Notes: generated by a model from the sequence alone, not told the origin. A stretch of DNA of 64,000 nt from a virus (IMGVR_UViG_3300018481_000018:3759-67758); one strand, 5' to 3'. Shown: positions 28,718-37,385, numbered from the stretch's first letter. Numbers and translations are program-made.

Positions 28718-29130
28718 CAGTCCTCCGTAATGACGAGTGAGCCGGGCCCGAACGAGGCCGTGTCGCCGGTGAGCAGGGTCCTGGGCGTCGTGAGATCGCC
28801 TCCGTAGAGGATGTTGCCACTCGAGGATGCGTCGAGGATGTAGAAACTCAGGGCCTCTGGCCACGCGCCTGAAGCGGTGGGGAAGGTCAGCGTGGTTCCG
28901 TTGGTCTTCGTGTTCGAGGAGGTGTGGGGCCAGGTCGTGGTGTTGTTCGTGGCCGCGACTCGGGCGGCACTGCCGGTGGTGATCTCGCTGAACGAGGCTC
29001 CGGTGGCGCTGTCGCTGTACAGCGCGGAGCTGAGTGCGACGTAGCAGATCGAGGCCGGTGTGTACGTCTCGGCCCCCAAGATGTGGTTGAGAATCGCGCT
29101 CTCGAGGTAGTTGCTCTTCGATCCAGGCAC
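28717..29130 (-). CDS. Small tail fibre/adaptor protein (SNYLE..ILNH family)
   Basis: KSNYLESAILNHILG..YVAL..N..TLTFPTASGAW..FYILDASSSGNILYGG..GDTASFGPGSL matches a widespread phage tail family; start 29130 or 29139. Confidence 0.7.
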   Translation of the reverse strand: MPGSKSNYLESAILNHILGAETYTPASICYVALSSALYSDSATGASFSEITTGSAARVAATNNTTTWPHTSSNTKTNGTTLTFPTASGAWPEALSFYILDASSSGNILYGGDLTTPRTLLTGDTASFGPGSLVITED

Positions 29131-29213
29131 GTCCGTCACTCCCAGGTTCAGTTCCGGCTAAGCATCAGTTCCAGGTGCTTGCTCCATCGGCTCAACTGGT
29201 CTGGAGATTGCCA

Positions 29214-29245
29214 TTCTGAACGTGCATCTGGACTCGGATCCGACC
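29214..29245 (+). promoter_or_regulatory. Three 12-bp-periodic RTCYGRAC-like repeats in the divergent gap
   Basis: TTCTGAAC-gtgc-ATCTGGAC-tcgg-ATCCGACC upstream of the holin. Confidence 0.45.
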
Positions 29246-29282
29246 GATGTGCAGGGCAGAGAGTTCCCACGAAGGAGGAATC

Positions 29283-29705
29283 ATGGATCGACTGAAGACG
29301 CTGGTACGTGAGCCAGCGCTGCTGATCGACTTCGTCGAGACGGCCGTCATCATGGTGGTCGCGTTCGGCATTGGGCTGACCGGAGACCAGCAGACCTACA
29401 TCGTGGCGGCCGTGATCGCCGTCCTGGGCCTGTTCAAGGCGTTCGTCACGGAGCCGTTCGCGGTGGCCGCAGTCACCGACGTGGGGCGCGCACTCCTGTG
29501 TCTGGCCATGTCGTTCGGAGTCGGGCTGACGTCAGACCAGATTGCCATCGCGGTGACCGCCCTGGGCGCAGCCACCACCCTTCTGATCTCGTTGCGAGTC
29601 ACCCCGTCGTACGACCCCGTGGTCAGCCCCACCGGTGCCGGCTCTGGCCCCGTGACGGGCAAGGTCGGGATCAGGGCCCAAGGTGCCCCTCCTCAGGGAG
29701 CCTGA
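29283..29705 (+). CDS. Holin (4 predicted TM helices, internal duplication)
   Basis: SD GAAGGAGG; REPALL N-terminus; GIGLTGDQ/GVGLTSDQ duplication; hydrophobic. Confidence 0.65.
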   Translation: MDRLKTLVREPALLIDFVETAVIMVVAFGIGLTGDQQTYIVAAVIAVLGLFKAFVTEPFAVAAVTDVGRALLCLAMSFGVGLTSDQIAIAVTALGAATTLLISLRVTPSYDPVVSPTGAGSGPVTGKVGIRAQGAPPQGA

Positions 29706-30132
29706 GACGACTGCGGACGGACGTCCGAACCTTCGCGGGGGATTCTTCGTGAAGGTCTATGTGCTGATGGCGGCCCTCGCCATGGGCATGTCGGGGGCGT
29801 TTATCGTGGGCGGTGAGGCTCGGTTCTCTTCACCGAGCTTCACCGTTCCCGCACAGCTGGTCCAGGCACTGCCGTTCGGCTCAAACGTGGCGTGGGGAAC
29901 GTTCTTCTTCTGCTATGCCATAGCGCTCATCTATACGCTCGGTCGGTCGGGTGCGATCCATGTACTGCGGTTCGGCATCGCGTTGTACTTGTTCTTGGCG
30001 ATCAGCTTCGGAGGCTCGGTCGTAGTTGACACCAAGGCGGCGGCGAGTGGGGCCATCACCTACATTGCCATCGCTACGCTCCATCTGTTCCTTCAGGACC
30101 ACCTCTCGAGCCGAGGTTGGGAGAGGTGCTGA
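29683..30132 (+). CDS. Multi-TM membrane protein of the lysis cassette
   Basis: Four hydrophobic segments; the true start may be GTG 29749. Confidence 0.6.
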   Translation: MPLLREPETTADGRPNLRGGFFVKVYVLMAALAMGMSGAFIVGGEARFSSPSFTVPAQLVQALPFGSNVAWGTFFFCYAIALIYTLGRSGAIHVLRFGIALYLFLAISFGGSVVVDTKAAASGAITYIAIATLHLFLQDHLSSRGWERC

Positions 30133-30572
30133 ACGTGTCTCCTACGCGGGATCCGCTGACCGGGATTCCTTCTTCTCGACACCCGTTTCAGTTCTGGGCC
30201 ATGATCGCCATGGCCCTCAGTGGCGCGAGCAACTTCTTCCTTCCTGGCAGCGAGATCCTTCAAGAGGGCCTCGATCCACTCATGCACAAGGTGTGGGCAC
30301 TGACGCTCATGCTGTCCAGCCTGCTGGTCATGGTGGCGGCGTTCTGGCGAGACCGGATCACGGGCTTGCTGATGGAGCGTGCCGGGCTGTTCACCCTGGG
30401 TACGATCACCCCGGCGTACATCATCATCGTGACCACACTTTTGAGCTTCAGCTCGGGTGCGATCGGGATCGCTCTGACCGGTTCGATCGGAATCGCCTCG
30501 TTGTGGCGGGTGCGTCACATCAACAAGGAGCTCAAGACCCTTCGGATCATGATTGCGAGGGACTTCGAGTGA
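30126..30572 (+). CDS. Multi-TM membrane protein of the lysis cassette (RHPFQ motif)
   Basis: SD GAGAGG; four hydrophobic segments. Confidence 0.6.
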   Translation: MLNVSPTRDPLTGIPSSRHPFQFWAMIAMALSGASNFFLPGSEILQEGLDPLMHKVWALTLMLSSLLVMVAAFWRDRITGLLMERAGLFTLGTITPAYIIIVTTLLSFSSGAIGIALTGSIGIASLWRVRHINKELKTLRIMIARDFE

Positions 30573-31012
30573 ACGTCGTCATGCTCGCCTTGCTGGTCGT
30601 TCCCCTGATCGCTGACGCGACGGTCAACGCGATCGTTCAGGTACTCATCTCCCTGGGTGGAGCCGGCCTGCTCGTGCAGCTGCTGCTGCTGCGGCAGAAC
30701 CGTCGCAAGATCGGCGGCGAGGCGTCGGCCAGTGAGGCCAACGCCGCCAGCACCCTGTCGGGCGCGGCCATGAGGATGGTCGAGAACGCCCAGCTCAAGG
30801 AGCGCGAAGCAGAGACGCGTGCCGACGCGCTTCAGGACCGGCTCGACGTTCACTCCCGCGAGCTGGAGAGCCGGGGATGGAAGATTCATTACCTCGAGAT
30901 GCGGGTCAACATCTTGGAGGGCCTGCTCACGGAGAGCCAGATCCCGATCCCACCGAAGCCGGTCACTCACGATCAGACCGGCCACACGCCTCCCATGGAC
31001 CAGCCCTCCTGA
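30569..31012 (+). CDS. TM plus coiled-coil protein (lysis accessory)
   Basis: GTGA overlap; N-terminal hydrophobic helices, RQNRRK, heptad region LKEREAETRADALQDRL. Confidence 0.65.
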   Translation: MNVVMLALLVVPLIADATVNAIVQVLISLGGAGLLVQLLLLRQNRRKIGGEASASEANAASTLSGAAMRMVENAQLKEREAETRADALQDRLDVHSRELESRGWKIHYLEMRVNILEGLLTESQIPIPPKPVTHDQTGHTPPMDQPS

Positions 31013-31022
31013 TCGCACAGGC

Positions 31023-31083
31023 TGTGGAAAGCCCTGTGGAGACAGGCGTCTGGCTGTGGATACGCGTGTGGATAGGCGTCTAT
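31023..31083. repeat. Four TGTGGA(N)AN DnaA-box-like elements in a 32-bp tandem duplication
   Basis: TGTGGAAAG 31023, TGTGGAGAC 31035, TGTGGATAC 31055, TGTGGATAG 31067. Confidence 0.6.
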
Positions 31084-31236
31084 TTCGGCGTGTTGCTTGC
31101 GCGATCACGCTGGGCGGGGTAGAACTCATCCAGCGGAGTCGTACACCCAGACCTCGTGTACCGCAGGATCCGCACCAGCCACTTCACTACCCAACTTGTC
31201 CGACCGCTGCCAACCTTCGGACACCCAGCCGAAAGT

Positions 31237-31255
31237 ACCCATGCCGCTACCGACC
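31237..31255 (+). promoter_or_regulatory. 19-bp element ACCCATGCCGCTACCGACC shared with 35005
   Basis: 18/19 identical to 35005-35023; both are intergenic and upstream of replication genes. Confidence 0.45.
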
Positions 31256-31314
31256 TGGGCTGTCAGTGCTGTCCCCTTGACTAGCACCATGAGCCCCTCC
31301 GATCACACAGCACC

Positions 31315-31698
31315 ATGAGCGAGCGCTCTGTCAGGTGCCCCAGGTGCCCCTTCTCCTTCGCGTCGCTGGTGGATGCGGGCGATCGCCACGCCTACCAGTG
31401 CCCGACCTGCGAGTGGGGCAAGCCGACGACAGATCGGCGTCCTGGCAACCGGCCTGCTGACGTGTGCGCTCTCTGCGATCAAGCCATTGACCTGACCACC
31501 AGCGATCACCACCTCTACCTCGGCTCCGGGTGGGTCCATGGCGGTGGGCGCGAGAACATACCGATCCACGCTTCCTGCTCGGAAGCGATGCGCGCCTACG
31601 AGCGCACCGGGACGCTTTGGACGAACGGTTGTTCTTGTCCAGAGCGCTGGCATCAGATCACTGGCGAGCACATGCGGATCTGCGAGCTGGCGGCATGA
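31315..31698 (+). CDS. Zinc-finger protein, 127 aa
   Basis: CPRC, CPTC, CALC..H, H..C, C.C motifs. Confidence 0.6.
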   Translation: MSERSVRCPRCPFSFASLVDAGDRHAYQCPTCEWGKPTTDRRPGNRPADVCALCDQAIDLTTSDHHLYLGSGWVHGGGRENIPIHASCSEAMRAYERTGTLWTNGCSCPERWHQITGEHMRICELAA

Positions 31699-32516
31699 GG
31701 GTCAGGCAGAGTGACTTGAAGATGTGGGGCAAGTGCCCCCTGGTCTACAAGTTCACCTACCTCGATGGGCTGGCGCGCGAGCAGTCCGGCTCGCTGACCT
31801 TCGGCTCGATCATCCACGACTGCGTGCTCTGGATGGAGGTCAACCAGGACCTCGACGGCGCGATCGCGCGCTTCCAGGAGCTCTGGATCCAGCCGACCTT
31901 GCTCGATCCCACCTACCAGCCCGAGTACTACGTGCGCGGCACGTCGTGGAAGAAGTTCATGGAGAAGGGTCCCAAGATCCTCAAGGACTGGTGGGGCATC
32001 GTTTCGTGGGACTCCTCTCTCGTTCTAGCTCGCGAGCACTACTTCGAGGTTCCCATCGGCGACGGCCACACTCTCTTCGGCACTGCCGACAAGATCGAGA
32101 TTGGCTACCGCGCTGACATCAACCAGCAGGTCCTGAAGATTGTCGACTACAAGACCGACAACAAGAACCCGACGTACGACTACCTGGCTGAGGATCTCCA
32201 GTTCTCCTCCTACGCCTATGCCTCCACCCAGCGCGAGTTCTGGGTCAACCTCGGCGGCGACGCCGCGTGGCAGAAGTACCGCGATCTGCTCAGGTACGGC
32301 GAGTGGGTCCAGCTCACCGGCCCGAAACGGATGGACGCCGGAATCCGCGAGCAGCGGCACTACAACCGGATCGAGATGGCGGTCGACGCCCTGGCCGACT
32401 CGGTCGCCATGCGGATCTTCGTCCCCAACATCAGCGGCGCGACCTGCCGCTACTGCGACTTCCGGAAGCCGTGTGGCCTGCCGGAGCTTGATGAGAATGG
32501 AGAGCTAGTCCAGTAA
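31695..32516 (+). CDS. PD-(D/E)xK exonuclease, Cas4/RecB-like
   Basis: SDLKMWGKCPL..F, GSIIHD, E..F, GTADKI, IVDYKT, QFSSYA and C-terminal CRYCDF..PC Fe-S motif; ATGA overlap. Confidence 0.85.
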   Translation: MRVRQSDLKMWGKCPLVYKFTYLDGLAREQSGSLTFGSIIHDCVLWMEVNQDLDGAIARFQELWIQPTLLDPTYQPEYYVRGTSWKKFMEKGPKILKDWWGIVSWDSSLVLAREHYFEVPIGDGHTLFGTADKIEIGYRADINQQVLKIVDYKTDNKNPTYDYLAEDLQFSSYAYASTQREFWVNLGGDAAWQKYRDLLRYGEWVQLTGPKRMDAGIREQRHYNRIEMAVDALADSVAMRIFVPNISGATCRYCDFRKPCGLPELDENGELVQ

Positions 32517-32562
32517 CCCCACAACACCGCAACCACGCAACCACGCAAGAGAAAGCAGACAC

Positions 32563-34269
32563 ATGTCCCAAGTCGCGATGTTCAGTAGGACCGGGAGCGC
32601 AGACTTCCCGGACTACCTGAAGTGCATGATCACCGGACCCCCGAAGTCCGGCAAGACGTCCCTGCTCGGCACCGTCCCGAACATCCTTGTTCTCGACACC
32701 GAGCCGCACGCCAACAACCTCCAGTCGATCGCCCATCTGGACGTCCCGTTCAAGGCGATCCACTCCACCGACGAGCTTCGGCAGGCGCAGTTCGTCCTGA
32801 GCCAGGACGCCTTCAGGATCCAGGCTGCGCAGGCTCTCGGGATGCCTGACATCGAGGCTGTCGCCATCGACACTCTCGACACGCTCCAGGGCATCATGAA
32901 GAAGGAGCGCATGCGTGAGCAGCGTGCGACCAAGTTCTACCGGGACGACTGGGGCTGGTTGAAAGACGAGATGATGGCCATCGTCCAGTCCTTCACGGCG
33001 CTTCCGATGCACGTCTTCTTCATCGTGCACACCAAGAGCTCGAACGTCGGGACCGAGGACAACCCCAAGACCGTGATCCTGCCGGGCCTCGAGGGGGCCC
33101 TCGCAGAGAAGATCGCCGGCGAGGTGGGCTACTCCCTGCTGTCCTTCCGCAAGGAGGAGATCAAGCCCGACGGCACGAAGTACACCAAGTACTGGCTGCG
33201 CGCTGAAGGCGATGAGACCTACGAGTACCTGGGGAACCGGGCCGCTGGCCGACTGCCGGATGTGATCGAGCCCGACTTCAAGACCTTGCTCGATGCCGCC
33301 CTGGCGAACCGGCCGACCACCTCGCATCAGAACGTGGCTGTCGACCTGGGGATTCAGACGACCGCCCAGATGCCGCAACAGGGCCAGACGAGCAACACGG
33401 CGGCGGGGACTGCTCAGGTCACGCCATCCACTCCGGCCAACTCCACTGGCCCAGCTCCAGTGGCTCAGAATCCGGGCCAGCAGCAGTCTCCGCAGCAGGC
33501 TCAGCCGCAGGGCACCCCGCAGAACCTGCCCGCCGACTCCGATCCGATGAATGCGGCCGCCCTGGGTCACGTCAAGAAGGTCTACGACGCCCTCCAGGTC
33601 ACGATGCCCGAGGACAAGATCATGGCTCTGAATCTGGGCCAGGCTCGCGGTCTCGTGCGGATGTGGAAGGCCGTCCAGACCGATGCCGAGTCGGGTTCGG
33701 GTACAGGCCACCCGGAGATGGTCGATTACCTACGTGGACAGGGCTTGCTGCCTGACGAGGGCGCGGCTCAGCCCGAGCCCGAGAAGAAGGTCGAGGCCGA
33801 CCTGCACGGCACGATCGAGCAGGTCAAGGCGTACGTCGGCGATGATCTGGGACGCGCGAACGAGGCGTTCGAGGTTGAGCGCACCGGCAAGAACCGGACC
33901 TCGCTCATGTCGTGGCTGGAATCGAAGGGCGCTTCGCATGGCGGAGTTCAGACACCCGTCCAGACTCCCGAGCAGCCAGCCGAGCAGTCGGCGACCCCCG
34001 ACGGACCGGCGGAATCGGCCCCAGAGGCCCCGTCGGAAGGGGTTACTTCCGAGCCTCAGGCAGCCGATGCACCTTCCACTGAGGACCAAGCGGTAGCCAA
34101 CGTGCAGGAGGCTCTCGGCGGCGAGGTCGTCGGCGGCGGGATCAACCCCGAAGCGGCTTGCGAGCAGTGCGGGAACCAGATCGACGATGTGGATCTGGCG
34201 CAGCTGGGCAAGAGCCGGTTCGGGCGCATCCTGTGCGTCGCGGACTACATCGCAGAGACCAAGAAGTGA
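32563..34269 (+). CDS. AAA_24/Sak4-like ATPase with long Pro/Gln linker and C-terminal Zn finger
   Basis: ITGPPKSGKTS Walker A, VLDTE, AIDTLD, FIVHTK; CEQC..CVAD at the C-terminus; sits between exonuclease and SSB. Confidence 0.75.
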   Translation: MSQVAMFSRTGSADFPDYLKCMITGPPKSGKTSLLGTVPNILVLDTEPHANNLQSIAHLDVPFKAIHSTDELRQAQFVLSQDAFRIQAAQALGMPDIEAVAIDTLDTLQGIMKKERMREQRATKFYRDDWGWLKDEMMAIVQSFTALPMHVFFIVHTKSSNVGTEDNPKTVILPGLEGALAEKIAGEVGYSLLSFRKEEIKPDGTKYTKYWLRAEGDETYEYLGNRAAGRLPDVIEPDFKTLLDAALANRPTTSHQNVAVDLGIQTTAQMPQQGQTSNTAAGTAQVTPSTPANSTGPAPVAQNPGQQQSPQQAQPQGTPQNLPADSDPMNAAALGHVKKVYDALQVTMPEDKIMALNLGQARGLVRMWKAVQTDAESGSGTGHPEMVDYLRGQGLLPDEGAAQPEPEKKVEADLHGTIEQVKAYVGDDLGRANEAFEVERTGKNRTSLMSWLESKGASHGGVQTPVQTPEQPAEQSATPDGPAESAPEAPSEGVTSEPQAADAPSTEDQAVANVQEALGGEVVGGGINPEAACEQCGNQIDDVDLAQLGKSRFGRILCVADYIAETKK

Positions 34270-34324
34270 AGCCGCAGCGACGGCTACCGCATACCTCAAC
34301 TGAAACGGAAACGGAGATCGCATC

Positions 34325-34942
34325 ATGGCAAAGCTGAGGGTCGAAGAGCAGCAGGAGTTCTCGCTCCTGCCGGTGGACACCATCCTTCTGTTGAAGGTGG
34401 ACGAGCTCACCGAGAAGCCGATGACCACCAACGGTCGGGACTGGACCAAGCTCGAGATCAAGTTCAAGATCCTTCAGGTCATCGCGACCGGCGACGGCTC
34501 TCCCGTCCAGAACTACGAGGACCAGATCGCCGGCCCCATCTGGGGCGGCGTCTCGCTCCGGCTGACCGAGCACCCCGAGAACAAGCTCCGCATGTGGGCC
34601 GAGGCGATCCTCGGGATCGAGATGGGCGTCGGTTTCGAACTGGACACCGAGGTCTTCATGGGCCGTGAGGTCAAGGGCATCGTCTCGCAGTACCCGAAGA
34701 AGGCGGTCGACCCCAAGACCGGCCAGCCGTTCAAGGGTCACCAGGTCGAGTCACTGATTCCCAACACGGCGGCTCCCTACACGCAGGCCCCGCAGCAGCA
34801 GTACGCGCCGCCCGCGCAGCAGTACGCACAACCGCAGCAGTCGGCACAGCAGCAGTACCCGGGTCAGCACCAGACTGTTCCTGGCGCAGACCCGTGGGCA
34901 GCACCAGGGGGAACATTCGGCGACGACGAGCCGCCCTTCTGA
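34325..34942 (+). CDS. Single-stranded DNA-binding protein
   Basis: OB-like N-terminus, Gln/Pro linker, acidic tail GDDEPPF. Confidence 0.7.
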   Translation: MAKLRVEEQQEFSLLPVDTILLLKVDELTEKPMTTNGRDWTKLEIKFKILQVIATGDGSPVQNYEDQIAGPIWGGVSLRLTEHPENKLRMWAEAILGIEMGVGFELDTEVFMGREVKGIVSQYPKKAVDPKTGQPFKGHQVESLIPNTAAPYTQAPQQQYAPPAQQYAQPQQSAQQQYPGQHQTVPGADPWAAPGGTFGDDEPPF

Positions 34943-34947
34943 CATGA

Positions 34948-34980
34948 AGAGGGACCGGCGCTGCCAACGCCGGTCCCTCT
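34948..34980 (+). terminator. Hairpin terminator after SSB
   Basis: AGAGGGACCGGCG-7nt-CGCCGGTCCCTCT perfect 13-bp stem. Confidence 0.7.
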
Positions 34981-35004
34981 CAGTCCCCCTGCTAACACCT
35001 CAAG

Positions 35005-35023
35005 ACCCATGCCGCTACCAACC
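35005..35023 (+). promoter_or_regulatory. Second copy of the 19-bp element (ACCCATGCCGCTACCAACC)
   Basis: Matches 31237-31255. Confidence 0.45.
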
Positions 35024-35054
35024 GGAAGGAACCTCGCGTGTCAGCGCTCAGTCA

Positions 35055-35070
35055 ATCCGAACATTCGGAT
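35055..35070. promoter_or_regulatory. Palindromic operator-like site ATCCGAA-CA-TTCGGAT
   Basis: Perfect 7-bp inverted repeat about 70 nt upstream of primase-helicase. Confidence 0.45.
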
Positions 35071-35138
35071 AATTGCAAGGTCTCTCGGAACTTTTATACC
35101 GGCTTGACTGGACTTGTCGCCCGAAGGGGTGGTAACGG

Positions 35139-37385
35139 ATGGTGAAGCTGACGCTCGTTGCAAACAACGCTCGTCCCAACAGCAATCTGGCCGCGCATCG
35201 CACGAGCGCCACCGAGGGTGAAGCCGCGAAGCGCCTCTTGGAGTCCCAGGGGTACGTCTGCAAGCGCAAGGCCAACGGCCAGTACGAGTTCCCCTGCCCG
35301 TTCCACGAGGGCCCCGGCTCCATCGAGCCGCGCAAGTCGGCCAACTTCTACATGAACGTCACTACCTCGGAGTACTTCTGCCAGTCCGCGTCGTGCGGAG
35401 AGCGCGGGAACCTTCAGTTGCTCGAGCGTCACTTCGGGATTGGCGTCGACGACGAGTACATCGCGCTCTTCAAGGATCGGGACACGCGTCTGAAGGAGTT
35501 CGAGCGCAACCTGACCAACGCGCTGCGCAAGCCCTTCTACGAACACGGGCTGACGGACGCGACGATCGAGCGCTTCCGGCTGGGCTACGAGCCCGAGCAC
35601 ACCGAGGAGTTCGAGGACGAGGACGGCTCGCGCAAGACTCGCATGATCCCTGGGCGGTACGTGATCCCGTACCTCGAGGGCCGCCGGCCGAAGTTCTTCC
35701 GGTACTACTCGCCTGACGGTGACCCGAAGTGGAAGTACACCTGGGAGTCTGGCGCGGAGGGCACGCTCTACAACGGCCAGGACGCCATTGGTGATGCTCA
35801 GGGGGTCGTCTACCTGTGCGAGGGCGAGCAGAAGGCCATGCTGCTGGTCCAGATGGGCTACGCGGCCGTCGCGGTGCCAGGAGCCAGTCAGTGGAAGGAC
35901 GAGTTCCAGGCGGCGTTCACGCACGCCAAGAAGGTCATCATCGTCTACGACAACGACAACCCGCTCTTCCACATCTACGACAAGCCCGAGCAGGGCATCG
36001 TCTGTCGGAAGTGTGCAGGCCGGCAGCTGGATCGCTGCCAGGGTCATAACCCCGGCCAGGAAGCCGCCATGAAGCGGTTGGAGCAGATCGGCTGGCGCGC
36101 GAAGAACGTCCTCCTGCCACTACCGGACGATTCGGTGAAGAAGACCGACATCAACGACTTCTTCATGCGCGATGGGTTCACGAACGCCGACTTCGCCGAG
36201 CTTGCGACAGGCAAGCGCGCGACGCCGTACCGAGTTCAGACGTTCGCCGAAATCACGGCAAGTCCTCCCGAGGAGGCGCAGTTCCTCGTTGAGAGCGGCA
36301 TCCTGAGCAAGGCCGGGCGGCTGCTGGTGGCCGGGAAGCCGAAGGTGGGCAAGTCGATCTTCGTCGACAACCTCGTGCTGTCCCTCGCCTCGGGGATCCC
36401 GTTTCTCAAGAGCGGATCGTTCCCAGGGTTCCAGATCGACCACCCGACCAGGACTCTGCTGCTTGACCGCGAGTTGAGCAAGTGGGCCTTGTTCAACCGG
36501 CTCACCGATCTCTCTGATGATCGTGCCGGGTACAAGGCGGCAGCTGAGAACCTCCTGATCGACCACGACCACCTGATCAGGCTCGATCAGGCCAACGCGC
36601 ACGACACCCTGCTAGCCCTGGTGGAGCAGAACGGCGCTGAGGTGGTGGTCCTCGACACTGCCTACAAGTTCTTCGGGGGCGATGTCGAGAGCTCATCGAG
36701 TCTCATGAAGGGCTTCGAGGTTCTGGACCGGATCATCCACCAAACTGGATGCTCGTTCGTTCTCACCCACCACCACAAGAAGGGTCAGGGTGGCAACGGG
36801 AAGCAGAACACCGACATCGCCGACCCGGACAACGTGGCGGGCTCGTTCCTGTGGACCGGCTGGCCGAACGCGACGATCCTGCTGAACTACCTCAACCGCT
36901 CGGTCGAGAACCCGTTCAACGCGATCGCCACGTTCACCGCCTTCCGTGATGCGGCACCACCCGAGCCGGTGGCGATCTACCGCGATCGGAACTCGATCAG
37001 CTACACATCCATCGAGCGCTACAACCACGAGGAAGCCGACCTGGCCGCTGGCAGTCGAGTCACGGTTACCAAGCCGGATACCGACACCGTGGAGCAGATC
37101 CTGCTCGAGCTCGCTCCGGTCACCGAGGACGAGTTCCTGCACATCGCCGCGAGCAAGTTCGGGGTCTCGATCCCAACACTGAAGCCGTACTACATCGACG
37201 CCATGTCGCGGGGGAACTTCGAGAAGACGAAGAGCGCCCCGCCCATCCTCAAGTTCGTCCACGAGCCGGAGGAAGAACAGTCCTGGGAAGCCGAGCATGG
37301 CCTGCCTGAGAAGCCGATGCCAGCCAACGCCGGCGTCAGCCTCGAGGACGTGCCCATGTTCGAAACAGCAGGGGTCATCGAGTAA
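35139..37385 (+). CDS. Primase-helicase (Zn-binding, TOPRIM and RepA/AAA_25 helicase domains), 748 aa
   Basis: CPFH..C..C Zn motif; YLCEGEQKA and YDND TOPRIM motifs; AGKPKVGKS Walker A; VVLDT; LTHHHKK. Confidence 0.85.
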   Translation: MVKLTLVANNARPNSNLAAHRTSATEGEAAKRLLESQGYVCKRKANGQYEFPCPFHEGPGSIEPRKSANFYMNVTTSEYFCQSASCGERGNLQLLERHFGIGVDDEYIALFKDRDTRLKEFERNLTNALRKPFYEHGLTDATIERFRLGYEPEHTEEFEDEDGSRKTRMIPGRYVIPYLEGRRPKFFRYYSPDGDPKWKYTWESGAEGTLYNGQDAIGDAQGVVYLCEGEQKAMLLVQMGYAAVAVPGASQWKDEFQAAFTHAKKVIIVYDNDNPLFHIYDKPEQGIVCRKCAGRQLDRCQGHNPGQEAAMKRLEQIGWRAKNVLLPLPDDSVKKTDINDFFMRDGFTNADFAELATGKRATPYRVQTFAEITASPPEEAQFLVESGILSKAGRLLVAGKPKVGKSIFVDNLVLSLASGIPFLKSGSFPGFQIDHPTRTLLLDRELSKWALFNRLTDLSDDRAGYKAAAENLLIDHDHLIRLDQANAHDTLLALVEQNGAEVVVLDTAYKFFGGDVESSSSLMKGFEVLDRIIHQTGCSFVLTHHHKKGQGGNGKQNTDIADPDNVAGSFLWTGWPNATILLNYLNRSVENPFNAIATFTAFRDAAPPEPVAIYRDRNSISYTSIERYNHEEADLAAGSRVTVTKPDTDTVEQILLELAPVTEDEFLHIAASKFGVSIPTLKPYYIDAMSRGNFEKTKSAPPILKFVHEPEEEQSWEAEHGLPEKPMPANAGVSLEDVPMFETAGVIE

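Noticed and set aside
22765-29163. Active shufflon with recombination repeats at the block ends
   Set aside because: Only a 7-bp GCTNAGC quasi-palindrome is shared; no adjacent invertase
31694-32516. CRISPR-Cas locus suggested by the Cas4-like nuclease
   Set aside because: No repeat-spacer array or other cas gene; context (Sak4, SSB) fits a phage recombination exonuclease
32527-32549. CGCAACCA tandem repeat upstream of the Sak4-like gene
   Set aside because: Only 2.6 copies of 8 bp in a short spacer; no other copies seen
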